A program made the position numbers and the translations under genes. Below are positions 58,901 to 64,000 of a stretch of DNA of 64,000 nt, in pieces. Location: contig JALMLS010000577.1 in the NCBI GenBank assembly GCA_038496445.1, positions 496,001 to 560,000 on the forward strand, given 5' to 3'. This DNA comes from Trichosphaerium sp. ATCC 40318. Taxonomy: Eukaryota > Protista > Tubulinea. The notes under the pieces were generated by a model. The model was not told where the DNA came from, did no database searches, and saw only the letters and a program-made list of their open reading frames with translations. Position 1 is the first letter of the stretch, and each line of letters starts with the position of its first letter.

Positions 58901-61900
58901 AAATTGTACGCTAAACCCAACCCTTTCCCAGATTCTCAATTTTTTCTTGTTTTCATTCTAACTAACTATAATTTAGTTCAATCTGGAGTAGTTTCTTTGA
59001 TGCTACTAAAGATGCTTTGTTTAATCAAGGTGGTTTGATAACTTTCTCAAATGATCATTTAAGAAGGGTATGGTTACATTCTAAACGTTTTTTGATTTTG
59101 GGTGATGTTTGTGGCTAATTACTTCTAAAAAACAGGCTGTAAGGTCTAGATATAAACCTGAACGTGGCGCTCGTAGATACCATCAAGCAATGGCGAATCA
59201 CTTCGCATCACAAGTGAGTTAACTCGATTTTTTTTATAGTTTGTTATGGACTGTCTAGAAAATCTTAATTTCTTCATTGTAGGTGCATTCTGATAGAAAA
59301 TCTCATGAATACCCATATCACTTGATGAAATTAGGTGATGTTTCTGGCATGCAGTCATTTTTATCAGGACTTGATGTATTCTTTGCTCTTTACAATGGGT
59401 TCAACAAATTCGATTTGTTTTCGTATTGGAAACTTGTTGGTGGAGTCCAAACAAATGGCTATCTTTCTACTCTTGCCAAAATGAAAGCAGTGAGTGTAAT
59501 TTATCTCCAATACTATCTTGAAATGATATACTTAATGATTATAGTCACAAGTAAACAAAGAAGCAGTGGCTAGAGTACAAGAAAAACTGGCTCAATTTCT
59601 TCTTGAAATTGGATCACCTAAGGAAGCTTTGGTGTTGTTAAAAGATAATCTAGGTAAATGTTGTATTTTGAACATACATTTAGCCATTATTGATGGAAGT
59701 TGTTCCTTTTGACGACTTCGATTTGACGTATTTCTTTTTTTTTTCTTAGTTTTCATTACAACTATAGAACTACTTCTCCTCTTTCTGACATGATTTCTTT
59801 TCAGCAAATCAAAAAGGTGATAAGATAGCCCAAGCTACAACTTCTTATACAATGGCTTTGGTTTTGGAGAAGCTTGCATTATTTTCTGAAGCTGTAAGTT
59901 GTACACGATGGTTACTGTGTTGATGACATTTTGTTTTTATAGGCTAAAATGGCGAAAACATCTATGGAAACTTTTGAGGCTGAGTTTGGTCCAAATCATG
60001 CCAAGGCAGCGAGAGGCTTATGGTTCAGTTTAACTTGTAAACAAGTATTACTTAATTTTTTCTATTAGGCTCTTGTCAATTCTTCAAAAGAAGATGGGAA
60101 ATTATGAGAACGCAATATCACTCAATGAAGATGCTTTACAGGTATTATTTTACGAAAAATCTTAAACAAAAGAAGCGTGTATTTTGTCTATTCTTTTTTT
60201 ACAACCTCGTTTCTTCGAGTTTTTTTATTGATTTTATTGATTTATTTTTTTTAGCGTGCTGAGTCATGTTTTGGATATCATCATCCTACTGTCGCTCTTT
60301 ATGCCAAGACACTCGCTGATATCTACAGAAAACAAGCGTCATTCGATAAGGCGTTAGAGTCTTATAATAGAGCCATTGATATAGCTATAAATGTATACGG
60401 TGATGCTCATCCTTTGGTTGCTGATATTCTTGATTGTCTTGGGTACCATGTTAAATCAAAATCTACATTTGTCTTACTTGATTTGTAGTCGTATATACAA
60501 AAAGAAGGGTATGTACGAGGATGCTAAAGACAGCTATGAACAAGCTCTAAAGATAGTTGAAACGATCTATGGAGAAGAGCACCTTAAAGTAGCAGAAATT
60601 TGTCGCTATTTGGGTGACGTACAGAGGTATTTTATTGGTTTGATATTTCCAACACCAGCAACTCATTTTTCTCTTCCTCTAGAAAAACTGCAGTGTATCA
60701 ATCAGCAGAAGATCTATACAAGCGTTCACTAGCAATTGTCGGTAAACAGCTTGGAGTTGATCACCCTGAGAACGCTGAGTTACTCAATGCAATGGGTAAG
60801 TATTTTTTTCTTGAAACTTGGCATTCTTTAAGATGTCACGTGATTTATTTTGTGATTAATCTTATATTATTATAGCTATAAACTATAAGGCTACAGGAAA
60901 TCTCCAACAAGCCACAAATTATGTGATAAAAGCCATTGCAATTGCAGAGAAATCACTTGGAAAGGATCATATTAAAATTGCAAACTTTTGCAATAATCAT
61001 GCTGATATTTGTGCTATTGGTGCCCATTATGAACAAGCCAAGAAGATTTACATAAGAGCACTAAAAATCAACGAGAAACATCTCGGAAAGGCAAGCACTC
61101 ATAAAATATCCAAGTCCTTATTTCTTATTTTTTTCTTTTCCGTAGGATCACCCTGAAGTATCTGAAAATTTGAACGCTCTTGGTACGTTATACAATACAT
61201 AGCGTTTGAGTCATTTTAAAATCAAACCAATAATAATTGTTTAGGTATGATTGCAAAAAAGAAAGGATTTTACAAGGACGCTAAAGTCCTTTATGAACGG
61301 TAAGATCTTTTTTTTTTTTTTTTTTTTCAAAGTATGTGATTTTCTAATGTTTGGATTCTGTTCAGTGCTCTTGCAATTGTTCAAAAGACATATGGAGAAG
61401 AGCACCCAAAATGTGCTATGTACTTGCATAATCTTGGAGTTGTTGAAAGAAAGCTAAAATCCTTTAAAACGTCTCACGCGTATTACTCAAAAGCACTTAC
61501 AATCAATGAGAAATTACTTGGTCCTAGACATCCTTTCGTTGCCGGCAATCTTAATGGGTATATAATCTATAAGTATTGAAACGTTACTAACACATTATTA
61601 ACAGACTTGGCATGGTTATAAAAGAAGCAAAAGGAAAACTAGGTGACTTGGGATTAGCTATTGTGAGTTTTCTTCTTTTTTTTGCTTTTACAAATGTGTA
61701 GCTGATTTTTTACCTTTCTAGGACTACCATCGCAAAGCTCTCAAGATTTTTGAAGACACCTTCGGATATCGTAGCGATAAAGTAGCTCTAACGCTTAACC
61801 TCATAGGAGAAGTATATAGGAAGCAAGGAAAGTATGGATATGATGAAAGTGAGCAGTTGTATCACAAGGCACTTGAAATCAATATTGAAACTTTTGGAGA

Positions 61901-62503
61901 AGAACATCCGGAAGTAGCCGAATGTATGAACGGTCTAGCTCAGGTATGATTAATAGTCACGTGTCTTTGAAACATAATTTGGTAGACAAAAACTAATTGT
62001 ACTTGTTGTAGACGTTCAAGAACCAGTTCAATTACAATAAAGCTGAGCCGTTGTTTATTAAAGCAATAGCTATCTCAGAAAGGTAACAACCAATTTTATT
62101 TTTTTCCATGGTGCTCTATTCGTTTCAGATCATAGCTGGCTTGTTTGTTTCCTGTCTGTGACAGGGTACAACCATCCAACGATCAAAATGACGTTTTTTT
62201 GTCATTGTCATTCATTACTATTTTTTGTGCTTATTTTGTGCTGTAGGACTCTAGGAGAAACGCATAGACATGTTCTCAACAGATACAGTAAGTAAAAATA
62301 CCATTCCTTTACACATTTTGTGCACATGTTTCGCAAACGCTCTTTGTCAATGTTAGAAAAAGTTGTTTTTTTTTGACATTTTGTAAGGAAATCTTGTTGA
62401 TCTCTATGAGAAAATGGGAGTTGTAGCAAAGGCTAAGCCAATACAAGAAAAACTAGATAAATTAAGAGCTAGGGCTAAGCGTGAGAAGACTACATTTATG
62501 TAA
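55908..62503 (+). CDS. SHOCT-like + DUF4062 + P-loop NTPase (NACHT/AAA) + TPR array; nephrocystin-3-like architecture, very intron-rich
   Basis: LEELFTCGIIQPEEYSRRK; IRLFVSSTF.DMQKERD, DFRWG, EIDKCRPYFIGMIGERYGW; Walker A GDKGAGKT; Walker B VFDGLDAL; many GxxHP TPR units. Confidence 0.9.
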
Positions 62504-62714
62504 AACAACAGTAATAGAAAAAATAAACAAAGTATTCCGCGAATATCTAGCATGATATCAGAAAGGAGACCGTAAGACTGCATTAGCTCTACATGTTTTG
62601 GTATGAGGTATTAGTAGCATTGTGGCTTGCCTAGTTTATTATTGTAATACCGTCTTGCTTCAATTATTGCTGAGGCAAATCAAAAACAGTAAGTGTATGG
62701 CTTGGTTTTTAACT

Positions 62715-63116
62715 TCATAGTTTCTTTTGAGATCTTTCTGGCCACCCAACCAAGTATGCACCAGCGATAAGGTCATATGTTAAACAAAAAACAGGGTACC
62801 ACGCAGGTACATATCCAGGATGTCCATTAGGATGCAACAACATGTCCCAAGCGGCATGCAACATCCATCCAACGCCAATAATAGGTCTCATCTTGAGCTT
62901 CATACCAATAAGAGCGATAGCACCATAAATACATACTCCTGTCATTTCAACAAAGATCCAAGATGTAATCGGGTCAAAAAACCAGAAAATCAAGTACATA
63001 TTAGCTGCTACGATTAAGGAAATACCCCAGAGGTTACGTTCAAGTGTAGGTGAAAAATAGCGTAACCCTATTATTGACAAGACTCCTGTGATTACTCCTA
63101 AGGCAATATCAAACAT
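62715..63116 (-). CDS. Second intronless DUF6010-like membrane protein (inverted paralogue of 41753-42160)
   Basis: Near-identical protein from ERNLWGISL to WPERSQKKL. Confidence 0.75.
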   Translation of the reverse strand: MFDIALGVITGVLSIIGLRYFSPTLERNLWGISLIVAANMYLIFWFFDPITSWIFVEMTGVCIYGAIALIGMKLKMRPIIGVGWMLHAAWDMLLHPNGHPGYVPAWYPVFCLTYDLIAGAYLVGWPERSQKKL

Positions 63117-64000
63117 TTTGCTGCAGACTAGGGGTTGTTGTGTTGTATTTTATTTGCTATGAACTTTACTTAAGGCCTGTTAAGTCTCAAACGGGATGTA
63201 GTTTACCCGAGAATTGTAGCGTGCTCTTCGCCTGCTTGTGTCCACGAAAAATACAGTGATTGAACTCTGTGGTGCAAATTACCTTTCAAAACGAAGTTTT
63301 GCATCAACAACAAGAACATAGCACACTTTTTCTAAAAACTTCATTTTTTTAACATTGGGTGTACTTATTACATTCTTTGTTTTGACTACAGTGGGGTGAT
63401 AGTGAATCGGCTGTATTTCTGATTTCGTGTCTACAATTGATATAGAAAACTACATGCCACGTGGCGAACCTTCACAGATAAGCATCTAACAAAACTGATT
63501 GCCGTTTGATTGTTGGTTTATTTAGCGCCTACTTCATTGCTTATAGCTGAGGATTCGTATCATTTACAAATCTCCAACACCTTGAGATAGAATATAACGA
63601 CTATGTCGCACTCTAAATTCTGTTGTACTACCAGTGGTGAGGTAATTGAATGCTCTAGATGTTAGTTTAATAATCACTACGTAGTGGAATACTCATTTAA
63701 GCTTGTCAAACTGGTTGCAAAAAGAACAAAACACTAACAATTCTTGGCTTCGGTTTATGGATTTAAGTGTTTATTATTTCAAGGTGTTGAATGATCTAGT
63801 GATTATTCATGTCTGAGTATAATATGAACTCCAGAAGCAGAAGATACAACGTCACTCATATCACCAACTTCAAGCGCAAATCTGTAGAATTAATGAGAAG
63901 CAGGTTAAAACAAGAAAAAAAAGAGAACAAAAAGTCAAACTACAAAAAAAAACCCAAAAAACCCTTCGTTGTTCGATGACGCACGATGCTTTTTCAAATG

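Noticed and set aside
1-64000. Integrated giant-virus segment explaining the F-box repeat genes
   Set aside because: No NCLDV core genes (capsid, polymerase, packaging ATPase); the repeat genes are scattered among intron-rich host genes.

Overview
This is gene-dense, AT-rich eukaryotic nuclear DNA with many short (about 40-110 nt) spliceosomal introns, read in the standard genetic code. The gene content (Fibro-slime/PA14 protein, PH protein, Rap GTPase) suggests a free-living amoeboid protist, probably an amoebozoan; that assignment is inference. About 27 protein genes can be traced. Housekeeping genes include Rap, NMNAT-like, SSS transporter, MINDY, Kelch-BTB, cyclophilin and SLC35A. These are mixed with an accessory set: two F-box/MORN-repeat paralogues with near-identical ends but shuffled 24-aa repeat arrays (16 vs 7 units), an F-box/LRR protein, a Zn-finger PARP-like enzyme, a SHOCT-DUF4062-NTPase-TPR protein, a toxin-like helical protein with a decayed copy, bacterial-type genes, and a tandem pair of GPI-type surface proteins. 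A complete, very young Ty3/Gypsy LTR retrotransposon (identical 145-bp LTRs, AATTC target duplication, extra third ORF, frame break inside the protease) lies in intron 1 of an SMP-30/gluconolactonase gene. One atypical tRNA gene is present: UAA anticodon on a short-arm Met/Lys-like body with mismatches at acceptor pairs 2 and 3. Multi-exon coordinates were spliced by eye and some ends are approximate.
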